This document shows positions 10,479-20,402 of a stretch of 64,000 nucleotides of DNA, in pieces (positions within the stretch are counted from its first letter, which is position 1; the number at the start of each line of letters is the position of its first letter). Under the pieces are notes generated by a model. That model had not been told where the DNA came from. It searched no databases and was given only the letters and a program-made list of their open reading frames with translations. A program made the translations under genes and the position numbers. The stretch lies in NCBI GenBank assembly GCA_014905635.1, contig JABVCE010000008.1:682001-746000 (forward strand), read 5' to 3'. The stretch is from Scenedesmus sp. PABB004 (Eukaryota).

Positions 10479-12949
10479 ATGCCGGCTGACGGCCTGGAGG
10501 TGCCGGCTGCGCCGGCGGCGGCTGCTTCGACGGCTGCTTCGGCGGCTCCGGCGCCGGCAGCTGCGGCGCCGGCGCGCGCGGCCGTCGACATGCAGCACGC
10601 CCTCCGCGCCGTCGCGGCCAAGACGGCGGCGCAGCTGCCGCCGGAGGGCCTGGCGATCCTCATACACGAGCTGGGCCTGGAGCAGGGCCGGCAGCAGAGC
10701 CAGCCGAGCTCGTGCGAGCTGCAGCAGCGGCTGATGCAGACGCGGCTGCAGCCGCCCGCGCCCGACGCGCACCACCTCTCGCGCGTCACGAGGCGCAGCA
10801 GCAGCGACGGCGCCGCCGAGCAGGCGCAGCCGGCGCGGAAGAAGCGGCGCCTGGCGGCGGGCGGGGCGCTGCGCTGCGGCGCCGACGTCGACGCGGCCGC
10901 CGAGGGCCAGGCGGCGCGGGAGTGGGCCTGCGTCGAGGCGGGGCGGGGCTTCAAGATCTTCACGAACGGGCTGCAGAGCTTCGCGGTGACCTACTCGAGC
11001 CGCCACATAAAGTGCGCGCGCAGCAACTGCACGGGGGAGGCTGCCGCGCCTTCTGGGCGGCGCGGCGCGGCGCGGCGCGCCGCGCCGCCTGCGCGCGGGC
11101 GCAGGCGCTGACGCCGCGCGCTCGCCCCCCTGCCGCGGGCTGCCGCGCTCCGCGCGCCAGGAGCGACTGCACCTACGCGACGCTGGACGCGGCGCGGCGC
11201 GCGGCGTGCGAGCGCACCGACGCGCGCGCCGCGGCGGCGCTGGCGGAGAAGCGCGCGGCGTGGGGCGGCGCAGTGGCGGCGCGCGCGGCCAGCCTGAAGC
11301 CCGCGGCGCTGCTGGAGAGGGGCATCGCCACCGCGCCCGCCGGCAGCCCCGGCCCGCGCGCGCCGCTCTTCTGCTTCCGGCAGCGGCGGTCGGGTGCGCC
11401 GCCTCGACGGCGCGGCGGGGCGCACGGGCACGCGCTCGCGCGCGCCCGCGGCCCGCAGCAGCGCCGCTGCGCGCTCGTCCCCGAACGCGCGCGCCCCGCG
11501 CGGCGACGCCCGCAGGCTCGCGCGCGCAGGCGCGCGCGCGTGCGCCCGTGCCGGCACCGGCGCCGGAGCCCGTGCGCGCGCCTCTGAGCGGCGCGGTGCT
11601 GGCGCTGGGCGACGTGCTGGACCCCGGCCTGGCCGGCGCGCGCGTGCGCCTCGGCGGCGCGCTCGGCTCGGGCGCCTGCGGCAGCGTCTATGCGGGCACC
11701 GCGCGCGACCGCGGCCGGGGCGGCGGCGTGCCCGTGGCGGTGAAGGTGAGTGGCGCGGCTGCGCGGCTGCGCGGCTGCGCGGCTGCGCGGCTTGAGCCGC
11801 CCGGCCGCACCCGCAGGTCTTCGCGACGACCGGCTGCGACCATGCAAACTACGGCAAGGCGCGCGCGCACTGGACGGCCCTCGAGTTCCAGGCCCTTCGC
11901 CTGCTGCGCGGCACCGCGGGCGCGGTGCAGCTGCTCGCCTCGGGCATCGTGGACTGCGACGTGGCGAGTGACTACGAGGAGCTCCGCGTCGCGGTGCTCG
12001 AGCGCATGCGCCCCTCGCGCAGCCTCTTTGGCGACCGCACGCCCACGTGCCGCACCTTTGGGCGGTGGCCCGAGGCTGCGGCGCGCAGCGCGGTGCGCCA
12101 GCTGCTGCACGTGCTGGACGCCATGCACAGCGGCCGCCTGGGCAAGGTGATCGTGCACTGCGACTTCAAAGTGAGCGCGCGGGCGGCGTGGCCGCGGCCC
12201 TGCCGCGGCGCGGCTCCGCCACCGCGGGCGCAAAGGGAAAGCTGCGGCGCGCCGCGCCGCCGCCGCCGCAGCCCGCCAACGTGCTGGCGAGTGTCAGGCC
12301 CGACGGCAGCGTGCGCGTGGCGCTCGCCGACTGGGGCGCCTGCATCCTGCGCGACCTCGAGCCCGGCGAGGCCGCCGGCGCCGACGGCGCCCCGGGCGGC
12401 GCGGGGCACGCGCGCGTGCGCGTCCGGGTCTGGCAGCCGCACACGCCCTCCTTTGCGGCGCCCGAGCTGCTGGCGGCGCTGGACGGCATGGCGGCGCAGA
12501 TGGACGCGCGCAAGGCGGCGGCGAGGAGGGACCGGATGCAGACGGACGGGGCGGCGGCGGAGGGCGCGGAGGAGGAGCACGCCGACGACGAGCCTCAGCC
12601 TGAGCCTGAGCCCGTCGCGCTCGACTGCAGCCTCGACGTCTGGGCGCTCGGGCTCACGCTGCTCTCGCTGCTGACCGGCCGCGACCCGTACCGCCTCGCC
12701 GGCTGCCGGGGCGCCTCGAGCAGCACCAGCGTCGACTGCGCGCCCATCGTCGACATGGTGCGCGCGGTCGTCGACGCCGACGGCGGCGGGCCCTGGGCCA
12801 AGCTCGCGCGCAGCGCGGTTGTGTCGGCCGGCGCGCGGCACTTTCTCTCCTGCGCGACCGGCCTCGGCGCGGAGCGCAAGGCGCTGCCGCCGGGCCGGCG
12901 CCGCATGAGCGCCGCGGCGCTGCTGCGCCTGGCGTGGCTCGCGGAGTGA
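10479..12949 (+). CDS. Divergent Ser/Thr protein kinase with long N-terminal extension, multi-exon; a 2-codon upstream exon at 10221 is possible
   Basis: Gly loop LGSGACGSVY, VAVK, catalytic loop IVHCDFK/PANVL, DWG in place of DFG, TPSFAAPE and DVWALG. The N-terminus carries a basic NLS-like ARKKRRL. Confidence 0.85.
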
Positions 12950-13364
12950 GAGACGGGCGGCGGCGCGGCGCAGCGTTCTCCACGCTCCCGCTAATCCCAG
13001 GGTGGATTTCTTAGATGGTTTTGCTCGCGACAGCGACCCGGAACATCAAACTCACTCCTATGCGGCGGCGTGAGACGCAGAGTGACATGGGCTGCCCTCA
13101 ATACCGCGCGCCCCGGGGCCTCCGTGCACTCGCAAGAGCACCTCCAGCGCACGCCCAGCCCGCCTCCCGACGCCCGGCGGCCCGCAGCGCGCGACCCGAG
13201 CAGCAGACGCGCGCCCGCCTCCCGCAGCGCAGCCCCGCAGCTTCCCGGACCCGCTCAGGCGGCCCCACAGACCGCCAGGCCGTCCGCAAGGACCGCGAGA
13301 AGGCCGCGAGCGTCGCCGCCGCGAGCAGGGCGCGAGCGTCGCCGCCGCGCAAGCAGCAGCGCCG

Positions 13365-14324
13365 ATGGCGGCCAAGCCCGGTCGCCGCGGCTGGGCGGCC
13401 GGGGCGGCGGCCGTGGCCGCCCGGCTGGACTGGAGCTGCGCGGCGCTCATCGTCGTGCTCGGCATCGCCACAAAGGCCGTCGGCCACCGCGCGCCGGCGG
13501 CGCGCCCGGTCTTTGCGAGCGACCCCAGCATCGCCCTGCCCTTCACCAAGCATGACATGCCGTTCTGGGTCGCGCTCCTGGTGCCCTTCGTCGTCCTCGT
13601 GGTCGCGGCGGCCGCACTCGAGTTCGGCGCGCGCCGGCGCCAGCAGGGCGTCGCGCGCGCCGCGGTCGTGCTCGTCAACCTGCTGCTCACCACGCTCGCC
13701 GCGCTCGTGGTGGTGGGGTTCATGACGGAGCTCCTCAAGCGTCTCGGCGGCCGGCTCCGGCCCGACTTCCTCGCGCGCTGCCAGCCCGACCTCGCGGCGG
13801 TCGACGCCGGCGGCGCGGTCGCGTACGGCACCTTCCCTGACGTAACGTGCGGCGCGCCGGCGTCCAAGGCCCTGCGCGACGGGCACATGAGCTTCCCGAG
13901 CGGCCACTCGTCCTGCTCCGCCACCATCGGCCTCGTCGCGGCGATGTACGTGGCCTGGTCGGCCCTGCTCCGCGACGGCGGCGCGCTGCACGCGGGCCTC
14001 GTCGCGCCGGGGCAGGGCCTCGCGCGCCGCGCCGCCAGCGAGGCCGCGGGGCTGGGCCTGCTGCTGGTTCTCCTCTTCGAGATCGCGTGGCCCTGGGGCG
14101 TGGCGCTGTCGCGCTTCAGGGACAACCGGCACAACGTGTCGGACGTCGTCGCCGGCATCCTGCTCGCGGTCACGTTTGCGCCGCTCTTCGTGCTCCGCCT
14201 CGTGCGCAACGTCGACGCGTGGTGCGCCGGGCCGGGCGACGCCGCCGACGGCAGCGCGCGCGTGGTCGAGGTCACGCCCGTCGCGCACCCGCTCGGCGAC
14301 GCGCAGCTCGCGGCGATGGTGTGA
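13365..14324 (+). CDS. PAP2-family lipid phosphate phosphatase, intronless
   Basis: All three PAP2 motifs are present (KRLGGRLRP, SFPSGH, SRFRDNRHNVSDV), with several hydrophobic TM segments. Confidence 0.93.
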   Translation: MAAKPGRRGWAAGAAAVAARLDWSCAALIVVLGIATKAVGHRAPAARPVFASDPSIALPFTKHDMPFWVALLVPFVVLVVAAAALEFGARRRQQGVARAAVVLVNLLLTTLAALVVVGFMTELLKRLGGRLRPDFLARCQPDLAAVDAGGAVAYGTFPDVTCGAPASKALRDGHMSFPSGHSSCSATIGLVAAMYVAWSALLRDGGALHAGLVAPGQGLARRAASEAAGLGLLLVLLFEIAWPWGVALSRFRDNRHNVSDVVAGILLAVTFAPLFVLRLVRNVDAWCAGPGDAADGSARVVEVTPVAHPLGDAQLAAMV

Positions 14325-14946
14325 GCGCAGCAGCGGCAGCAGGGACTGTGTTTTGTTCTTTGCAGCGGCGGGCGGGCGTGTCGATTGTTTGGCGCGCGAC
14401 TGTTTTTTTAGGGCGAGCGAGCCTGCGCGCCGCGCCTGGCGCCATGATGAGGCTGCGGGCACGCCCGCGGCTGACGACGGTTTTTTGGCGGCGTAACCAA
14501 CCGCTCCCGTTCCTCTTGGCGGTCCGTGGCCTCTCCGTGGGCACAGCCACTGGCACAGCCTCGCACACAAACGCAGAGGGTCCAGCACGCCGACGCGCGG
14601 CGCAGACGCCCGCCGCCGCTGCTGCACGCGCCGCCGCGGCCGCTCCGAAGCGTGCCGCCCTGCTAGCGCGCGACGCGTGACGCGCAGGCTCATCGGTCGA
14701 CAGCGGGAGCTCGCGGCGCGCCCGCTGGCGCGCGCGGAGGAGGCGGGGGGAGGAGCAGCAGCAGAGGCGGGGCTCTCAGCCCAGGCGCACCAGGCGGCCG
14801 GGCGGGCTCCTGTGGCCGGTACCCGCGGCCTCCCACCGTGCTGTAGCCGCTCCAGCGGGCGCAGCTGCTGCGGGCGCCGGCGGCGGCGCCGGCGGCAGCG
14901 GCAGCGGCGCGCCGCGCCCGGCCGCCGCCGCGCGCGCGGCGGCGCC

Positions 14947-15540
14947 ATGTTTTCGCTCTGCTTCGGCTTCGTGGAGCACATCTGCCGCAAGGACGAGTTC
15001 CACGTCCTCATCCTGGGCCTGGACCGGGCGGGCAAGACCAACGTGCTCGAGAAGCTCAAGGCGCTGCTGACCGACCTGCCGGGCATGGAGCCGGGGCAGA
15101 TCATGCCCACGGTCGGGCTCAACGTCGGCAAGATGGAGGCCCACGGCGCGGCGCTGGTGTTCTGGGACCTCGGCGGCGCGGCGGGGCTGCGGGGCATCTG
15201 GGAGAAGTACTACGCCGAGGCGCACGCGCTGCTGTTTGTCGTGGACGCCGCCGACGCGCCGCGCTTCGAGGAGGCCAAGGCCGCGCTCGACAAGGCGCTC
15301 GGCACGCGCGAGCTCGCAGGCGCGCCGCTGCTGCTGCTCGCGAACAAGCAGGACGCGCCCGGCGCGGCGGGGCTGGCCGAGGTCGCCGAGGCGTTTGGCC
15401 TCGGCCGGCTCGACGGCAGCGGGCCCGCGGTGCAGCCGTGCTCGGCGTTCACGGGCGCGGGGCTGGCCGACGGCCTGCGCTGGCTGGTCGACGCCGTGAA
15501 GCGCAGCCCGCGGCGCTACGCGGTCCCGCGCCGGCGGTGA
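14947..15540 (+). CDS. ARFRP1: ARF-related protein 1 (ARFRP1/Arl3p-type small GTPase), intronless
   Basis: The MFSL... N-terminus has no myristoylated Gly2. Motifs GLDRAGKT, MPTVGLNVG, WDLGG, WEKYY, LANKQD and CSA are present. Confidence 0.92.
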   Translation: MFSLCFGFVEHICRKDEFHVLILGLDRAGKTNVLEKLKALLTDLPGMEPGQIMPTVGLNVGKMEAHGAALVFWDLGGAAGLRGIWEKYYAEAHALLFVVDAADAPRFEEAKAALDKALGTRELAGAPLLLLANKQDAPGAAGLAEVAEAFGLGRLDGSGPAVQPCSAFTGAGLADGLRWLVDAVKRSPRRYAVPRRR

Positions 15541-15590
15541 CGCGGGCCGCCGCGCGCCGCGCGGGCGCGCCCGCGCTGCGACACGCGCGG

Positions 15591-15591
<1 letters not shown>

Positions 15592-15642
<51 letters not shown>
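15592..15642. repeat. (GGC)n microsatellite
   Basis: Perfect trinucleotide run downstream of the ARFRP1 stop. Confidence 0.9.
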
Positions 15643-15644
<2 letters not shown>

Positions 15645-15830
15645 TGGGGCGTCGGCAGGAGGTGCCCGGGGGGCGTGGGCGGCGGCGTCGGCGGTTGCGA
15701 CGGTTTGCGCCGCGGTTGGCTTCGAAAAACCCCGACCGCTGCCGCTGCTCGAGTGGGCACGCCGCACACCTCCGACCACTCCCCCGCAATCCGTGCGAGG
15801 CGCGGATCGCTTGGGCCCCGCGCAGCAGCG

Positions 15831-18743
15831 ATGCGGGCGACGCGGGGGCTGCTGGCGGCGCTGCAGCGCTTGGCGGCGCCGCCGTGGCCCGCGGCCGCGG
15901 CGCGTGCGTTCGCCAGCCGCACCACGGATGTCGCCATCGTGGGCGGAGGCCACAACGGCCTCGTGGCGGCGGTGCTGCTCGCGCGGCAGGGCCTAAAAGT
16001 GAGGTGCGGGGCCGCACAGCGCCGCTGCCGCTGCACGCGTGCCGCCGCCCGACCGCCGGCCGCCGCACCGCCGCGGCGGCGCCGCACAGGTGGAGGTGTT
16101 TGAGGACAAGCCGCTGGTTGGCGGCGCTTGCCGCACGGAGCATCCATTCCCCAAGGTCCCCGGCCTGGGGCACTCGACCGGCGCGTACCTGCTCGGCGTC
16201 ATGCCCCCGGAGCTGCTGGGCGTGCTGGGGCTGAAGCTGCCGCTCGTGCGCCGAGACCCACACTACTTCCTGCCCACCACAGGTGCGGACCTGCCCGTCG
16301 TCGTCGCGCCGCGCCGCTGCGACGCGCACGCCTTGGCCGCCGCGCCCTGGCCCGCGCCGCGCCGCCGCTTGGCGCGCCGCGAGCGAGCGCCGGCCGCCCC
16401 CGCCCGCGCGCCGCGCGCCGCGCAGGCAGCCGCTACCTGCTGCTGGGCAGCGACGAGGCGGCGATGCGGCAGCAGTTTGTCGACTTCTTCTCGGAGGCCG
16501 ACTGGCGCGCACACACGGCGCTGCAGGCCGAGATGGCCGCGCTGCGGGAGGACGTCGCGCCGACGTGGCTCGGCGAGCCGCTCTCGCTGGAGGAGACGGC
16601 GGAGCGGCACGTGCGGCCCGCGCTGCGGCAGGCGTTCGTCGACCTCGTGCGCCAGCCGGTCTCGGCCTACCTCGACAGGTGGGGCGGGCCGGCGGCGCCG
16701 GCCGCGCGCGGGCGGCGCCCGGCCGGCGTCCAAGCCCGCGCGTGCCGGCCCGCGCCGCACACGCCGCGCGCGCGCGTCGCACCGCGCCCGCGCCGCGGCG
16801 CCAGGTTTGGCTTCAAGAGCGACCTGCTGCGCGCGATGTACGCGGTAACGGACGGCTTCTCCGGCCTCAACGGCACCTGGGACACGCCCGGCACCGGCAT
16901 GAACTTCCTGGTGCACAACATGGTGCGCGCCCCGCGGCACCGCGCGACCCAGCGCGGCGCGCGTCGCCGCGCCGGGCCCGCGGCGGGTGGGTGCGCGCGC
17001 AGCGCCGCGCCGACGGGCGCCGCCGCCGCGTCCGCGGCGCGCAGTGCCGGCTGCCGGGGTCGGGCGGCACCTGGATGGTGGTGCAGGGCGGCATGGGCGT
17101 CGTCACGCAGCGCCTCGCTGCGGCGGCGATGGCGGCGGGCGCGGCCATCCACACCGGCGCGCGCGTCGACAGCATCGAGGTCCAGGACGGCCGCGCCACG
17201 GGTGCGCGCCCCGCCCGCGCCGCCCGCGCGTGCCCGCGGCCGCGCGCTCGCGCGGGCCGAGCCGCGCGCGTGCGCCGCACGAGCCCCCGCCGCGCGCGAC
17301 GCGCCTGCACGCGCGCAGGCGTGGTGCTGGCGGGCGGGTCGCGCGTGGACGCGCGCTGCGTGGTGGTCAACGCCGACCCCTTCCGCCTGCGCGACCTCGC
17401 GGGCCGGGAGCGCTTCGAGCCGGGCTTCAACACCTGGCTCGACTCGCTGCGCAAGGACGGCACGACCATGAAGGCACGCGGCGTGCCGCGCCGCCCCACC
17501 GCACGGCGCGCTGCCGCTGGTCCGCCGCCGCCCCGCCACGCCCGGGCCCCGCGACGCGCCCCGCGCCGCCCCGCGCCCTGCGCGCCGCCGCTCTGCGCCG
17601 CTCTGCTCTCTGCTCTGCTCTGCCCCGCTCTGCTTGCCACGCACCAGGTCAACCTCGCGCTCAAGGGCCTGCCGCGCTTCCGCTGCCTGCCAGAGGCGCG
17701 CGGGCAGCACCGCACGACCACGCACCTGCTGCCGGACGAGGGCGCCGTCATGGCCAGCCTCACGCAGAGCTTTGCGGACGTGCAGGCGGGGCGGCTGCCC
17801 GACTTCCCGACCATCGAGTGGTGCGCGGCGCGCCGACGCGCGGCGCGGCGCCGGCGCACGTGCGCCCGCGCCGGGCAGCGCCCGCCGCGGGGCGCACCTG
17901 CCGCGCCTGAGCCCGCCGCCCTGCCCGCGCCTCGCCCCGGCACGCGCCCCGCCGGCGTCCAGGTACTTTCACACCACCAACGACCCCTCCGTGCAGGTGC
18001 CGCACCGCGGCGCCGCGCCGGCCGCTGCACGCGCGCACGCCGCGCCGACGCACCGTGCCCGCCGCGCGCCCGCGCGCGCGCGCCGCGCCGCAGGACGCCG
18101 CGGGCCACCACAGCAGCGCGCTGTTTGTGCAGTGGGTGCCGTACGAGCTCGCGGGCAGCAGCTGGGAGGCGGAGGAGGAGCGGTACGTCGACCACCTGCT
18201 GGACATCGTGGACACCTTTGCGCCGGGTGGGCGCGCCGGCCCGCGCGCCGCGCCGGCGCCGCGCCGCGCGCCGCCGGCGCCGGGTCCCGCGCCCCCGCCC
18301 GCCGCCGCCGCACGCCCGCGCCGCGCCGCGCCGCGCGCGACGCCCGCCGCGCCGCTGCCGCGCGCGCGCAGGCACGTCGGACCTGGTCGTCGACCGCGTG
18401 ACGCTGACGCCGCCCAAGATTGAGAGCTACTTTGGCATCACGCGGGGCCACATCCACCACATTGACAACAGCTTTGGCTTCGACCAGCGCTTCCCCTACC
18501 GAACGCCCATCCAGGCGCGGCGCGGCGCGTGGCGCGTGGCGCGTCGCGCGCGGGCAGCGCGCAGCGCGCAGCGCGGCTCACAGCGGGCCGCCGCCGCCGC
18601 GCGCCGCCGCCGGCGCGCAGGGGCTCTACTCTGCGTCCGCGGGCACGCACCCCGGGGGCTCGGTGATCGGCTGCGCGGGGCACAACGCGGCGGGCTGCGT
18701 CGTGCGGGACATGGGGCTCACGCCCGCGTGGCCGACCGCGTGA
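15831..18743 (+). CDS. FAD-dependent oxidoreductase, phytoene dehydrogenase-like/PYROXD2 family, with mitochondrial-type presequence; multi-exon
   Basis: Contains DVAIVGGGHNGLVAA, VGGACRTE, GAYLLG, WMVVQGGMG and GHIHHID, and the C-terminal GLYSASAGTHPGGSVIGCAGHNAA. Confidence 0.9.
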
Positions 18744-19026
18744 GCGCGCGGGCATGGGGCATGGGGCTCAGCGCTGCGCGGCAGGCGAGCAGGCGAGCGG
18801 GCGGCGGCGCGTGTGGTGGGGCCACCAGAGGGCCTTGGCTCGCTTTCTCTGCAGTCTGGGTGGTGCAGCCGCGCAATCGAAGCGAAACTGGACAGCGCGG
18901 CGCGGCGCACGACAGCGCCGCTCGCTCCACGCCGGGCGTGCCCGCAACGCGTTCCGCAGCGCGTTGGGCAGCGAGTCACATTACAGCGCGCGGGGGGCGA
19001 TGGCGGGCTGATCGGCAGTCGATCTG

Positions 19027-20053
19027 ATGAGCGGCGGCGCCGAACGGGAGCAGCAGCTGCGCGAGCTGGGCATCACGCTGTGGGATCCGCCGCTGCCCCC
19101 CGTGCGGAGGCCGCGCCAGACAGCTGATGGCCTGGCCCTGGTGAGCGCGGCGCGAGCCGCAGCAGCGGCACCGGCGGCAGGCAGCGCTCACGCCGGGGCC
19201 GCTGCCGCCCGCGCCGGCAGGACTTTCCCTCTGAGGCAGCGCGCAAGGACTTTCGCCGCGCCTGCACCAGCCGCGTCGCGGCCAACTGCTGCGATGGGGC
19301 ACGGTGCGCCGCGGCCACTGTGGTGCTTGGTCGGTGGCGGCGGCGCGCCGCGCGCGCGGCGGGCCGCTCACTGTGCGGCACGCCCGGCCGTGCCGCAGGG
19401 CCGCCTGCTCGCTCAAGGCCGTTGACCGCTGCCGGGGGCCGTCGTGGCTGCGGCGCCTGGGCTGGCGGAAGGGTGAGCTGCGGCGGCGCGGTGGCGCGGC
19501 GCGCGCGCGTGTGCGCGTGTGCGTGTGCGCGCACTTGCGTGGCGGCGGGGGTCGGTGATGACAAAACCCCCAAACAATGAGAATAGGTGAAATCTGAGGC
19601 GCTGCGGCGCCGGCGCTGACACAAACCTCGTCTGAGAGCCCTCCTGAGCCGCGCGTGTGTGCGCGGCGGTCGCAGCTGGCTGCGAGCCAGGGCCCTGACA
19701 GGGCAGAGCGCCGCGCGTGCTGACGGGCTGCCGCCGCCGCGCTCGCCAGGCGCGCCCTGGCCCGAGGTGGAGGCGTGCGAGGAGCAGCAGATGGAGGTGG
19801 GCGCCGGAGGGGGCGGCAGCGGGGCGCCCCAGCGGTGGCGGGCCCTGGCTGCCACGGGCTGCTGCTGCCGCCCCACTCTGCCGCTGCTGCCGCGTGCGCC
19901 GCTGCCACCTGCCAGGCCTGCCTGGCGGCCAGCGCGAGCGCCTGCCAGGACCACGCAGAGAGCTTCTGCGAGCTCGTCGTGGCGCCCCAGCAGCAGCAGC
20001 AGGCGCAGCGGCAGCAGCAGCAGCAGCAGCGCGGAGGCGGCATGCAGCGCTGA
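19027..20053 (+). CDS. Small Cys-patterned protein (151 aa) of unknown function; exons 19027-19140, 19221-19303, 19399-19472, 19750-19796, 19916-20053
   Basis: Five exons joined by canonical GT-AG introns with consistent phases give MSGGAEREQQLRELGITLWDPPLPP...DFPSEAARKDFRRACTSRVAANCCDGARAACSLKAVDRCRGPSWLRRLGWRKGAPWPEVEACEEQQMEACLAASASACQDHAESFCELVVAPQQQ... Confidence 0.8.
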
Positions 20054-20402
20054 GCGGCGGCGTCAGCGGAGAAAACTGCCTGACCACCGGGCCGCCTGGT
20101 GAATAATCTCCCTGCATCTCCATCCCCCTCCTTGCTGTCTTTCCTTTTGCATTTCTGAGCGCGCTGCGCGGCGGCCGGGCAGCAGCAGCCGCGCCCCTGG
20201 CGCGCACGGCGCCGGCGTGGCGGCGCCACCGCGCCGTTCACCCGCCCCACGACCCTGGGGCCCCGCACGCCCCGTGGTCTGGCGGCGAGAGTGCAAGCAC
20301 AGCACAGCACGCCGAGCACGCAGCGGAGCACCTCAGTTAACGACCCTGTTGCTGCGACCTCGCAACTCGCAAGCTCTCGAGGGGCTGCTGCGCAACCGCC
20401 GC

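Noticed and set aside
14402..14414. TTTTTAGGG telomere-like motif
   Set aside because: It is a single copy in a T-rich 3' UTR with no array.
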